Source of the DNA: Octopus vulgaris
Lineage: Eukaryota
Reading direction: 5' to 3'
DNA: 64,000 nt
Assembly (NCBI GenBank): GCA_951406725.2
Contig: OX597823.1
Coordinates: forward strand, 102,796,001-102,860,000
A program made the translations under genes and the position numbers. Below are positions 38,421 to 51,643 of this stretch, piece after piece. Under the pieces are notes generated by a model. That model had not been told where the DNA came from. It did no database searches and saw only the letters and a program-made list of their open reading frames with translations. Within the stretch, counting starts at the first letter, position 1. The number at the start of each line of letters is the position of its first letter.

Positions 38421-40875
38421 AAGTGATAAAAAATAATGATGCTGAGGTGTCAAGTTTGAGTCAGGTGTTCTGGTAAATACAATAACATTTATCAGGAAGA
38501 CTACAAAATTACTATTTGTTTTGATGGAAAAAGTTTCTGGGCTGCTAACTTATTTTTCTGTCTTTTAGTAAAATGTTTCAAACAAGTTTTGATAGCATTT
38601 ATCATTAGCTACTGTATAAATGTACATGGGACTCAGATTGAACTAACAAACATTTATTGCAAACTTCCAATGCTTTTATGCATTGTACCATGGACAAACA
38701 GTTCAAAGATACATGTTCATTTAAGAGTTGCAGATAATTGTTGAAAGAAAGATTGTAAATATTCTTCCAATTGTCTGTTTCAGCATGGTTTCTTGAGCTG
38801 GATGCCCTTCCTAACACCAATCCAGCATTCTAAAAGGCTGTTAAACACAGACTTGATCATCTCATTTCAGGACTGTGTATCAGGTTAAGAACTCTAGACT
38901 TAACAACCATGCCATTGATTTAACAACCTACTGTAGGGTTAACAATCTTGCTATAGGGTTAACTACTCCACTGCACAAAAAATATTTCGTGTTAAGAGAA
39001 TAATGAAAGAAATCAAAACAGGTTCCATCTATCTTGATTCATTTTACTCCAGGGACAAGGAATGTTCTCTAGTCAAAGATCTTTTAGAGAGGTTGACGCA
39101 TTCTCTGACTTCAAAATATACTGTTTAATGATACACAGAGGGGACCCAAATCTCTTGGAAACCAGCAAGACCAAGAATCGTTTTAGCAATTTGCAAGACA
39201 AACAAGAAGGAAACAACTGGAAGTTATTAGAAAGGTTTGTACAAGGTAGGATGGACTTAATCTGTATAGGATAATGACAAATAGTGAGAGGAGGAGGGAA
39301 GTGAGGCAGAGGAGTAGAATATTACACAAATAGAGTATTGTGCAATATCTTTTATGTTAGCTGATAAATACTGGGTCAGCTGTGAACCAAGCAAGGGAAA
39401 TTGGATTGACAGAAACTGAGCCAAAAGCTAGTTTGCCAGTAATTTTGAAGGTCAACCTTCTCAAACCATGTCTCACACACACACACATACTATGTCTTTT
39501 TCTCTCTCTTTCTCTCTCTCTCTCTCTCACAAACATACACACATGCATACACATATAATCATCATCATCATCTTCACTTGATGTTCATTTTCCCTGCTGA
39601 CATGAGTTGGACATTTGACAAGATTTAGTGATCCACAAAGGTTGCCAAGTACTCGCAAAACAGGAAAAGAATACAAAAAAGCCCCAAGATTGAGAGGGGC
39701 ATGAGACTTTATGCAAGGTGTTGAGAGGCTGAAGTATGACAGATGGACAAAACAAGTGTCTTGCTATAGGGGAAATATATGGCTACCCAGTATTATACGG
39801 TGGATGGGAGTAGTAGGAAAGAAGATAAAAAGGGTAGTGATGGGGTGTCAGAGCAAACTCTCAAGGTACAAGAAGGTGAGCATAAGAGAAAATGTGGACA
39901 GTGGACTGCAGCAGGGGGAGATAATTTTATAACACTGTGTAAGAGGAGAGTAACAGATGGTTAGAGATGAAGTAGGGGTGAATGTAATGAGTGATAAACA
40001 AGGGTGGAGGTGTGATTGGTGGGAAATGCCAATATGGAAATGGACAGTAAGGTGAGAAAGATAGAAGTGACTCAGGAAGAAGGACAGATCAGGAAGTAAA
40101 ACTATGATATGCAAGGTGTAGAGGTAATAGGGAGAGAGATGTAGAGATACATGATGGGGAGTGTTATAGTGAGCGGGGCATGATGGTATGCCCCACTCAC
40201 TATATGAGAGAGCATTGAGAATTGTGACATAAGAGAGATGTTAAGATGAAGTATGGCAGAAGAGGGAAAGAGATAAACTGAATGCAGAGAAAGGAGATGA
40301 TTGGTGAAAATAGTGTGAGAAGTGATGATAATGAGAATGAGGGATAGAAGTGGTTCCAGAGTAAGGAAAGAGAAAACTTGTAAAACAGAGTCAGGGATGT
40401 GATTTAATATATGCTAATCCTGCTCTTAAGTGATTACAGCAGCCAAGTAGTGCCATAGATAGTGGAGTGATGGAGAGATGGATTTGAAGGGATAAGACGT
40501 GGAGAATGATTGATGGGCTGAAGTGGGTGTAGATGCAGAGCCCACTATGGACAAGCATAAACAAAATGCTTTTAGGATACCATTTTTACTGTGATAGATG
40601 GGTCTTCTCAAGCACAGCAAATCGACAATCACCTTGGTCCTTTGTAATATTTCAATATTTTGTCCTGTGTCTTCCTAAGTTTCCCTCTTCCACAAGTACC
40701 ATCCACCTCAAACAACTGGTACTTCTTTATGCAGCTGTCTTCATTCATATGCATCAAATCACCAAATCAATGCAGTCTTCTTTCTTGCGCACTACATCTT
40801 ATACCTAATTTTTCTCTCAATACATTAGCACTTTGTCATATATGCACAGGTATTGCACATCCAACAGAACATACT

Positions 40876-41104
40876 AGGCAATGAGCTGGCAGAAATGTTA
40901 GCACACCGGGCGAAATGCGTACCCGTATTTCATCTGCCGTTACGTTCTGAGTTCAAATTCCACTGAGGTCGACTTTGTCTTTCATCCTTTCGGGGTCGAT
41001 TAAATAAGTACCAGTTATGCACTGGGGGTCGATATAATCGACTTAATCCGTTTGTCCTTGTTTGTCTCCTCTGTGTGTGGCCCCTTGTGGGCATTAAAGA
41101 AATA
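40876..41104 (+). mobile_element. SINE family A inserted into an RTE-like LINE fragment
   Basis: Direct repeat agaacatactagg at 40866-40878 and 41105-41117. Confidence 0.88.
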
Positions 41105-42679
41105 AGAACATACTAGGTTCCTTCTTTTCAAGTATCCACATATCTTCTGCATTCAGGGCCCATGCCTCATTACTATGTAGCACTGCTATTTTTACACAAC
41201 CATCACACAATATGCCTTTCACTCTGAGATTAAGAACTTTTGTCGCTCTCCTTTCTTTTTCATGCTGGCTGCTGAAGCAACCAGTTGTAATTTCTCTAGT
41301 TCCAACTTGTTTTGCTGTCTGTTGCCCTTTTGTTTCCAATGCTTTAGGATTTCCCTCATAGCATTACTCATACTTCGTCTTCCCCCAAAGGCTATATTCT
41401 GTTTGTTTATTTCGTTTTTGCCCCTCATCCATCCACTAATGGTCTCATCTTGAATTACATTTATTCATTTCTGTATTGCTCGTTTATCCATTTATTCTTT
41501 GTCTCTTCTCATTCTGTTTACCATTGTCTTGTTTCTCAGCTAAACATCAATCTTGCAGACTGCACAACTCTTATTAGAAGCTAAATGTTCACTTTTTATT
41601 CTTATAGTTGTGTAAAAATAAACATCTTGTCATACTTGTCAAGAACCAGTCGCAATGTTGGAGTTCAATTTAAGTTAAAGCTAGACATGACCAAAACATA
41701 TCTAAGCAGTAAAGGGCATTTAAAAATTAATTAGTGTGTGGCTGATTGTTGAGAAAATATCAACATATTTGAGTTCTGTAAACATTATCACTGATGTCAT
41801 TACCACCATCATCACTGCCACTGCCTCCACCTCCACCACCATCATCCTCATCAGTATGCCTATTTTTCTATGCTTGCATGGGTTTGACAGGTTAACAACA
41901 CAATATATTTTTCAATGTGCCTTACAGTCTTTTCTGGCATACAAACTGAATTTTTGGGGGTTAAAATTTACAACCAAAAAAGATAGGTCCACGGTCCATT
42001 TAAAATGCAGCAGGATTTGGAAAGACAGCAACACTGTTTGAATGCCTACACTACATGTTCACACTATATACTAAAGTGATTTGTATGCCAGAAAATATGG
42101 TAATCTCGTGTTTTGTCATAGGTGAGGCCCAATATGCAGAGTCCTAAACTGACTGCATTGTCTCTGAAGTCTTCCAAGACCTACTTCTATTACCTACCCC
42201 TTCCACTTCAGCTCTTACTCTTTTACTCTTTTACTTGTTTCAGTCAGTTGACTACGACCATGCTGGAGCACTGCCTTTAGTCGAGCAAATCAACCCCAGG
42301 ACTTACTCTTTGGAAGTCTAGTACTTATTCTATCGGTCTCTTTTGCCAAACCGCTAAGTTACGGGGATGTAAACACACCAGCATCGGTTGTCAAGTGATG
42401 TTGGGGGGACAAACACAGACACACAAACACACACACGCATATATATATATATATACACATATATATGACAGGCTTCTTTCAGTTTCCGTCTACCAAATCC
42501 ACTTACAAGGCTTTGGTCAGCCCGAGGCTATAGTAGAAGACACTTGCCCAAGGTGCCACACAGTGGAAATGAACCCAGAACCATGTAGTTGGTAAGCAAG
42601 CTACTTACCACACAGCCACTCTTTTTACTTTTCACCCAGCATGTACAATAACAACACAAAAAATTCAAAATTTACATGT

Positions 42680-42797
42680 TCAATGATGTATACTCTTTAA
42701 TTTAGAAACATAATTTACAAATAGATGTTGTGAACTGGCATTTGTGAAAATATCCTTAACTTCATCCAAGCTAGAACATTCTTGTATTTGCAAGCCA
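42680..42797 (-). CDS. RWDD3: RWDD3 coding exon 5 of 5
   Basis: Acceptor tgttatttcag|. SGLQIQECSSLDEVKDIFTNASSQHLFVNYVSKLKSIHH* resembles the RWDD3 C-terminus. CDS totals 900 nt (299 aa). Confidence 0.88.
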
Positions 42798-43228
42798 CTG
42801 AAATAACAAAATAAATGCACTTTTAAAGGAAAACTTTTCTTTTAGCAAATTTGTCATTTATGACTTTAAGATAAAAAGAAAAAAGTGAACAGACAGAAAT
42901 AATCAATTTACTAATTTTCTAGAGTAAATGACTTATTATGAGCAGGGCAGGCATTCTCTAATAATAAGTATTTCATTAGCTTGCAATATTTGGGATTTAT
43001 AAACTAATATTTTTATTAATTGGTTTATTAAGCTAGTATTTGGTGTGAAGAAAGTTTGCACATAAAATTATGATGGAATGTCCAGGCGTGGCTGTGTAGT
43101 AATGAGTTGGTTTTTCAACCACATGGTTCACACTGCATGGTACCTAGGGGAAGTGTCTTCTACTATAGCCCCAGGCTAACCAAAGCCCCAAAGCCTTGTG
43201 AGTGGATTTGGTAGACAGAAACCAAAGA

Positions 43229-43319
<91 letters not shown>

Positions 43320-43804
43320 GCATATATATATGTGTGTGTGTGTGTATATATATATATGTATCTATATATACAAAACTGAGAATGTGTGTCTGTCTGTCTG
43401 ACTGTAAATCCCTAACACTTGAGAACTACACAACCAATTTCATTCAAATTTTACACATGCCTCACTTAGGGTCCATGTAGTGTCATGGGTAAAAAAAATG
43501 TTCAACTTCTTGCCTACGGAGAGCCGATAGCAATATTATATCTTCTCCACTATTTCACTATTACATGTCAAAAGTGAAACAAAAACATCTCTCTATTGTA
43601 ATGTCACATGCTTTCACTTTAATACTTTCATTTTAATACTGAAACTATTAAAGTGAAACTATTATATAACAGAGATGAACTGTAACTGGACATCCATTAT
43701 GCTAGAAGATCTACTATGGTCTTATATGCTACACCACTGGTTTTAAATTCATATTAATCAAATTAATATTCAATTTTTCACCCTTATTATTTTAAATTCA
43801 AATT

Positions 43805-43858
<54 letters not shown>

Positions 43859-44031
43859 TGTATACATATAGATGTATATATCATGGGCTAAGAACTTTTG
43901 CCAAGAGCTTTGCACAGAACCTCCAAGGGCCAACAGCTAGCCAATCATCAGACCTGTAGTTGTATATGGAGATGAATTTATAAACCTGAAACATATACAC
44001 ATCATATTTACAGTAAAATAAAACATTTTAC

Positions 44032-44159
44032 CTTCGTATTATATTCAAACTGTCTTTCAGATATGGCTCTTCACACAAAACTGTCATCATCTTCTCTTTG
44101 CACCCAACACCTCTGGAATCAACATCCACACAAACTGTCTTGTGTTGGACTAGATATGA
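44032..44159 (-). CDS. RWDD3: RWDD3 coding exon 4 of 5
   Basis: Acceptor tcttcttcag|, donor AG|gtaaaa. SYLVQHKTVCVDVDSRGVGCKEKMMTVLCE carries the conserved VDVDSxGxxCKEKM motif. 128 nt, phase 0 to 2. Confidence 0.94.
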
Positions 44160-44285
44160 CTGAAGAAGATTGAAAACCAATTAAAAGCATTCAGTGAAGA
44201 TTAAGTGTAAAGTAGCTTAATACTGCAGCATTTAATTACAGTCCTTTACATCCAGAGTTCCTTTCAATGAAGGGAGTGTAAAAAT

Positions 44286-45170
44286 TGATAAAATATATTA
44301 GCTAACAAATACTGGGGTGTTATATCCTTTTCACTCATAAAATATATGAGCTAACAAATACTGGGGTGTTATATCCTTTTCACTGATAAAATATATGAGC
44401 TAACAAATACTGGGGTGTTATATCCTTTTCACTGATAAAATATATGAGCTAACAAATACTGGGGTGTTATATCCTTTTCAATGATAAAATATATGAGCTA
44501 ACAAATACTGGGGTGTTATATCCTTTTCACTGATAAAATATATGAGCTAACAAATACTGGGGTGTTATATCCTTTTCACTGATAAACTATATGAGCTAAC
44601 AAATACTGGGGTGTTATATCCTTTTCACTGATAAAATATATGAGCTAACAAATACTGGGGTGTTATATCCTTTTCATTGATAAACTATATGAGCTAACAA
44701 ATACTGGGGTGTTATATCCTTTTCACTGATAAAATATATGAGCTAACAAATACTGGGGTGTTATATCCTTTTCACTGATAAACTATATGAGCTAACAAAT
44801 ACTGGGGTGTTATATCCTTTTCACTGATAAACTATATGAGCTAACAAATACTGGGGTGTTATATCCTTTTCACTGATAAAATATATGAGCTAACAAATAC
44901 TGGGGTGTTATATCCTTTTCACTCATAAACTATATGAGCTAACAAATACTGGGGTGTTATATCCTTTTCACTCATAAACTATATGAGCTAACAAATACTG
45001 GGGTGTTATATCCTTTTCACTGATAAACTATATGAGCTAACAAATACTGGATTGTTATATCCTTTTCACTGATAAACTATATGAGCTAACAAATACTGGG
45101 GTGTTATATCCTTTTCACTGATAAACTATATGAGCTAACAAATACTGGGGTGTTATATCCTTTTCACTGA
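44286..45170. repeat. Minisatellite, 18 copies of a 49-bp unit, in RWDD3 intron 3
   Basis: Unit tgataaa(a/c)tatatgagctaacaaatactggggtgttatatccttttcac. 882 bp / 49 = 18 copies, with no spacers. Confidence 0.97.
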
Positions 45171-45280
45171 TGTATGGCTTTGTGCCAATCTCAGAAATCA
45201 TTATTATAAATATTACATCAGAAGCAATTAACTACTGGTGATGATGATACATGAAGACATGATGTTATGTTAAAAATTAC

Positions 45281-45669
45281 CTTTAAATTGTTGTGTTCTC
45301 CAATAAGGAAAAGTAATATAGTCTTCTTAAAAAATATTAGTTGACCACTTAACTGGAAATCTCTGCACCATTTCTTGATAAATTTAATATATTTTGCTTT
45401 AGCTCTCATATGGTCAATATGAATCAATAAGGTCCAATTTTGAACATCCTTAATTCCTGTTTGACTACCAATGTTCTGAGATGTCAGAGACTTAGCTTTC
45501 AAGTTCTTGGTGTGTGATGATGGTGGTGGTGGCAATGGTGAAGACTGGGTATCTGTCACAGAGTTCTCCCTGTGTGTTGCAAGTTGGACACAGTCAGATG
45601 TGTTGGAAGAGTGTAAATCTTGTATAAGGTCTTTAGCATAATTTATCAAATCAAGCAATAATGGACTTC
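45281..45669 (-). CDS. RWDD3: RWDD3 coding exon 3 of 5
   Basis: Acceptor tttcctgcag|, donor AAG|gtaatt. Contains WTLLIHIDHMRAKAKYIKFIKKWCRDFQLSGQLIF, matching RWDD3 [20 protein letters not shown]. 389 nt. Confidence 0.94.
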
Positions 45670-45728
45670 CTGCAGGAAAGGAAATAATGTATTAGTTAAG
45701 CCACCAAATACTCCTATTGTACATGCAA

Positions 45729-45782
<54 letters not shown>

Positions 45783-46464
45783 TGGAAGCTAAATCTAGTA
45801 CTGAGAGATTTTAAGGTAAACTTAGCAAAGACAAACGTTTTGGATAGTAGGTAAAAACAGGACCCTGATATCTTCAAGGAAATGGCCCTGCTCTATATAC
45901 AGAAAAGGAGTATGTATAAGCTCCATAAGCTGTACCCAATGTAAGCTAGACACACAAGCAGTGTAGTGTATTCCTAAACTAATAAAGTAAGCTTCATATG
46001 TGACAAATACACTGAAGTAGTAAATGTTATGAGCATAACGGATTCTCTTAAATGCTTGGATGGTTCAGTAAAATTTGAGAGCTCATGTTACTATAGTAGC
46101 TAGTATAGTATAATAGCTAGAACAAGAACAGGTTGCAAAAAAATTCAGGGAGTTTCTACTGTTACTGACAACAAAGGTCTTTTCTCTCAGGGTGAAAGGT
46201 AGATTGTATGACACTTGTGTCAGAACTGTGATGCTGCATGGTAGCCTTGAATGCAGAGGACTTAAGAGGAAATAGAAAAGAAAAATGAAGCTAGCATGTT
46301 TCATTGAGAGTGCAGCATTAAGTGTGCATGAACAACGAAGTACAAATGTGCTGAGAGAAAAACTGAGGTGTAAGGAGAATCAGATGAAGTGTGCAACAAA
46401 GACAAAAGTGCTGCTATGAACAGGTGACGCAAATGGATGAGGACAGCTGCATAAAACCAATCAC

Positions 46465-46912
46465 TTAACCCATTCGTGCCAAAATTTTTGTAGTGAATGG
46501 AATTGCCTGAAAATTCACATATACTATTATTTTGACCTAAATAACAACTGAAAAAAATGTCACTGAAATCTGTGCTTGACTGGCCTCGTGCCGGTGGCAC
46601 ATAAAAGCACCCACTACACTCTCGGAGTGGTTGGCATTAGGAAGGGCATCCAGCTGTAGAAACTCTGCCAGATCAAGATTGAAGTCTGGTGCAGCCATCT
46701 ATTCGCCAGCCCTCAGTCATTCATCCAACCCATGCTAGCATGGAAAGCGGACATTAGACAATGATGATGATGATGATGATGCATACGCGTTAAGAACATG
46801 TTTCATTTTTTGATACAGATCATACACAAATCACAATTTGTATCAAGCATTTGTTTTATACCCTTATAAATTAAGGGTCAGTTTAAATGGACAATCGGCA
46901 TGAATGGGTTAT
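46465..46912. mobile_element. piggyBac-like MITE within a LINE fragment, itself carrying an RTE-tail insertion
   Basis: TTAA-cccattcgtgcc ... ggcatgaatggg-TTAT termini. Confidence 0.7.
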
Positions 46913-47429
46913 GAGGATGGAACTTGTAGAAGACATGGGATGAAGTGATCACAGGACCTTGGACCTTGAAATTCTGGAAGCACAATGTGAAAATGTGTGT
47001 GTGTGTGAGTGTTACTATCTCTTTGCCTTGACATCATATGATAGTTGTAAATGAGTGTCGCTATCATGCAGACACTGCTTGCCTGATGTACCCTTGTCTA
47101 GACACCTCACGATGATTGTAAATTGGCATCGCTGTCATACAAGGGAGATTGTTTCCAGTCTTCTGGGAAAAACATATCTAGTTATAGGAAAATATCACCT
47201 TGCTTGGTGACAGGAAGGCCATCTGGTCATAGAAAATCTGCCCTAACAAATTCCATCTGACCCAAGCAAGTATAGAAAAATAAATTCTAAAACAATGATG
47301 ATGGTGGTGGCATTAAATACACGTTAAGTACATGCATCTGTCATTATATTGTCTATTTTTCAGTTTCTCTACACCACAAGCAAGAAATAAACCATTATGC
47401 CGTACACAATAAAATAAAGTCAAACTTAC

Positions 47430-47627
47430 CAACATTACTATGAGCATACGTTTGTAGTTTGTCTCGGATATCATCACATTTTATGGAGTAACTGGATACT
47501 TCGATTTGTGGGCAGCTTTCAGAAGGGTAGTCTTCAGAGAGACTGAAAACTAAAGTAACCTCGTGGCCCTCTACATGAGGGCACTGTTCTGATATGATTA
47601 CCTTCACATGTATTTTCTTCCCATCAC
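47430..47627 (-). CDS. RWDD3: RWDD3 coding exon 2 of 5 (RWD domain)
   Basis: Acceptor tctttattag|, donor G|gtaagt. Contains LVFSLSEDYPSESCPQIEV, an RWD YP...P motif. 198 nt, phase 1 to 1. Confidence 0.92.
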
Positions 47628-49221
47628 CTAATAAAGAAAACATATGATCTTATTGATATAAATATTCTTTAACTGGTTTCAGAAATTAGAGTTTAGCTTC
47701 ACCTTTAATAATATAGTAGATGATTAAATTGATCCCAGAACCTAACAGGCACTTATTTTATTGACCTTGGAAGGATGAAAGCCAAAATTAATCCTGGAGA
47801 GGATTTGAATTAAAAAAGACTAAGAATAAGAATAAACATATGTATTTACATACATACATACATACATACACACACATGCATACATAGATACATGTATGCT
47901 TACAGATACATCATCATCATCATCGTTTAACGTCCGTTTTCCATGCTAGGATGGGTTGGACAGTTCGACCGGGGTCTGGGAAGCCAGGAGGCTGCACCAG
48001 GCTCCAGTCTGATCTGGCAGTGTTTCTACAGCTGGATGCCCTTCCTAATGCCGACCACTCCGAGAGTGTAGTGGGTGTTTTTACGTGCCACCGGCCACAA
48101 TCGGTTGGTGCTTTTTACGTGCCACCGGCACAGGTATCACAACTACAATTTCCATTATGTATATACACACATGCACACAAATTTCATAATTTTCTATCTG
48201 CATGGTACAAAACTCTAGAACCTTCACAAAATTATGATTGTATGCATACTCGTACATTATCATGAATATTTTATATATTTCTATAAAGGGTAAAGAGCTC
48301 CTTCAGTCATGAATAACCATGGGATTGCACCTAGAAAGTTCCCCTCCAACATGTCTAAGCAACGTTGTTTTTATGTAAGACCAGCAGTAGCCCATGTATA
48401 TCAGTCTCCGCTCCCCATGCAACCAATGTTATCCAAGGGAAAGGCAAAGGGGCCGATACAGCTTGGCACCAGTGATGTCACAACTCATTTCTACAGCTGA
48501 ATGAACTGGAGCAACGTGAAATAGAGTGTCTTGCTCAAGAACACAACACACAGCCTGGTCTGGGAATTGAACTCACTACCTCATGATTGTGAGCCTAACA
48601 CTAACCACTGAGCTATACGCCTTCACATATCGTCATAATCATCAAGTAACATCTTTTGTCCATGCTGGCATGGGTCGGATGGTTTGACCAGGGATGGTAA
48701 GCTGAGGGGCTGCACCATACACTACTCTGATTTGGAATGGTTTCTAGGGCTGGATACCCTCCCTAATGCCAACCACTGTGAAAGTATAATGGGTGCTTTA
48801 ACATGCCACTGGCATGGATGCCAGTTGCATGACAACACTACCTACCACACACACACACACACACACACATTATTATATTGTATATCATACCTGTCACTTG
48901 TTTGATGATGATGCTCATTTGCAACCATCATGCAATATCAAGACAAGGGTACCCACAAACATACACACACATATAAGATAGGGTTCTTTAAGTTTCCATC
49001 AACCAAATCTGTTCACAAGGCTTTGGTCAACCTGAGGCAACAGTAGAAGATACTGGCCCAAGGTACTGCACAGTGGGACTGAATACAAGCCCATATGTTG
49101 GGAAGCAAGCCTTGTACCCACACATAACATTTATCCAAAGCCAAATCAGCATAAAGTGCTAGTTGAAATTTCTCATTTCCAGCACTCAATCACTCAAGAA
49201 TTATTTTAAATGGCAAATATC

Positions 49222-49602
49222 AGGCGCAGGAGTGACTGTGTGGTAAGTAGCTTGCTTACCAACCACATGGTTCTGGGTTCAGTCCCACTGCGTGGCACCT
49301 TGGGCAAGTGTCTTCTACTAAAGCCCCAGGCCGACCAAAGTCTTGTGAGTGGATTTGGTAGACGGAAACTGAAAGAAGCCCGTCGTATATATGTATATAT
49401 ATGTGTGTGTTTGTCCCCACAAAATTGCTTAACAACCGATGCTGGTGTGTTTACGTCCTCGTAACTTAGCGGTTCGGCAAAAGAGACCGATAGAATAAGT
49501 ACTAGGCTTACAAAGAATAAGTCCTGGGGTCGATTTGCTCGACTAAAGGCGGTGCTCCAGCATCGCCACAGTCAAATGACTGAAACAAAAGAGTAAAGAG
49601 TA
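49222..49602 (+). mobile_element. tRNA-derived SINE, family B (CORE-like), full length
   Basis: Head ggcgcaggagtgactgtgtggtaag...gggttcagtccc, CORE-like ccttgggcaagtgtctt, internal microsatellite, (aaagagt)n tail. Other copies at 1380-1870(+), 2970-3560(+), 14537-14878(+) and 42212-42622(-). Confidence 0.9.
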
Positions 49603-51305
49603 AATCTGTGATATTTAGGAGTTCAAATCCTATTGGGTCAAATTAGCTTTGAATGTTTTGGAGCTGGATAAATTAACCATGTATTAATCAACCAATTTAG
49701 TATTGAAAACAAATCAACTACTAGCAACAAATGCCAATGTCAGAAACTATCGTTAGTTTTATTAGGACAGCTTAAGTTCAAATCTCATGAGCTTCAATGT
49801 TGATAAAATAAGTATTAGTTGAGAAATATTAGGGATCCAGTAAAATCAGCTGTACCATCCCCTAAAATCTGTGGCTTTCACTAGCTTCTATATTGTCTCC
49901 AGTGTTGATAAAATAAATAGAGATCAAAAAGTACTAAGGATCCAATAAGATCACCTGTTCCATCCCATAAAATATGCAACCTTGTGATCATGTTAGAAAT
50001 TATCACCATTATTGTTTTTGCAGCTGTTTGACCCTTGTCAGCCGATTTTTGGCCCAAAAAAATTTTTTTAATAAGCAAATTTGGGAGAAAATGCGGGGGG
50101 GGGGGTTCGAAAAAGTTCAAAATTTTAAGGGGTGGGGTGGGGGGTTAATTTTTTTTTTTTTTTTTGCATATTCATAATCCTCAACATATTAGAAGTAGGA
50201 ATCCGGAAAATTTTTTCCAAAAAAATGCATTTTTTCAAGGAGAGGTGCGAAACTGCATTAGCCCCAAATAATTTATGAATTCTTTTCTCTTCGGAAGTCC
50301 TCTCCCCACCCCTTTGGAAAAAAAATTTTCTCCACAAATTTCTTTATAATCGTTTATGCCGTTTGAAAGGTATTTATATAAAATGTCACTAAAAGATATC
50401 CATTTTCCTAAAAGCTATGAGAGAAAAAATCGGATAATGTGAATTTTCCGAAAGTCCTCTCCCCACCACCACGGAAAAAGTTCCTCCCACAAATTTCTTT
50501 ATAATCGCATTCTATCCGTTTGTAAGGTATATGGCCAGTATTTATATAAAATTTCATTAAAAGATATCCATTTTTCTAAAGATTATGAAGAAAATTAGGT
50601 AAAACCCACAAGCTGGCCACCAGATAGATATCAGTGGTCAGTCGAATAAGGGTTCTTCTAGACGTGAAGGATTTCATGCGACAACTGCTTTACTTTGATA
50701 AATTTGATCTGACACAACAGATTTCTTTTCCAAGGCACCGGTTCTTCGAGGTTTTTTTCCACCACCCATTACTCATAAATATCGGCGAAAGTTATATTCC
50801 ATTACATATAATAATACGACAGTTTTCCACGTAGTTTCCATTTCCACCAAATTCTACTCAAAATGTATTGAGTAACCCCGAGGCCTTGATAAAGGACGCT
50901 TGTCCTAGGCGCGAACTCGAAATCAGGGGACTACGAAGCGAAGTTCTTAACCAAACTCTGGAACAGTAGGTAAAAGTTGGATTTTCTTTTGTTTACATGT
51001 TTCAATCTTATTGATGTGATATGTAAATCCCTTTTATTTCATATGGAAATCCTTTCCTTTCTTCAAGAGATAGCGAAAGCTATTTCAAAAACCCATCGAA
51101 ATCCTTATTTTATGCATAAATGAAATTATTTAAACACATTTACAAGGAAATGGTAATTGGCAGCGGAGTGAGGAAATTTATGAAAAGTATAAATATATAA
51201 ACAACAAAAAATAACGAAAGCCTAATGCAGACAATAACTATCATGAAAATTATCTGAAACTTAGTTTTTTAAAAATTGAAAACCACAAAGATAACAAGAC
51301 CGTAC

Positions 51306-51372
51306 GCCACTGAGTGAGTTCTCCTGGCAGACAGAATATTTCTGCTAAAACACTGAATTCGTCTTCGGCCAT
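51306..51372 (-). CDS. RWDD3: RWD domain-containing protein 3 (RSUME), coding exon 1 of 5
   Basis: caacATGG start. MAEDEFSVLAEIFCLPGELTQW resembles the RWDD3 N-terminus (EELSVLAAIFC). The donor C|gtacgg gives the phase 1 required by exon 2. Confidence 0.85.
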
Positions 51373-51457
51373 GTTGTGAAGAAGGGGAGATAACCGGTTT
51401 TAATTCATTCTTTGTTGAGATTTTACATTGAATTATTGATTACAACGCACAATAATA

Positions 51458-51643
51458 CCTATTTCTTTACTGCCCACAAGGGGCTAAACACAGAAGGGGA
51501 CAAACAAGGACAGACAAACGGATTAAGTCGATTATATCGACTCCAGTGCGTAACTAGTACTTAATTAATCGACCCCGAAAGGATGAAAGGCAAAGTCGAT
51601 CTCGGCGGAATTTGAACTCAGAACGTAGCGGCAGACAAAATAC
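51458..51643 (-). mobile_element. SINE family A, 5'-truncated, just upstream of RWDD3
   Basis: TSD cgcacaataata at 51446-51457 and 51644-51655. Confidence 0.88.

Noticed and set aside
44286-45170. CRISPR-like array
   Set aside because: Units are head-to-tail with no unique spacers, there are no cas genes, and it lies in a eukaryotic intron. It is a minisatellite.
50095-50145. G-quadruplex-like G tracts in RWDD3 intron 1
   Set aside because: They appear to be part of an interspersed repeat with homopolymer runs, and there is no evidence of function.
24323-51372. Functional cluster of ASB (ubiquitin) and RSUME (SUMO) genes
   Set aside because: Adjacency alone is not evidence of co-function in an animal genome, and synteny cannot be assessed from this window.
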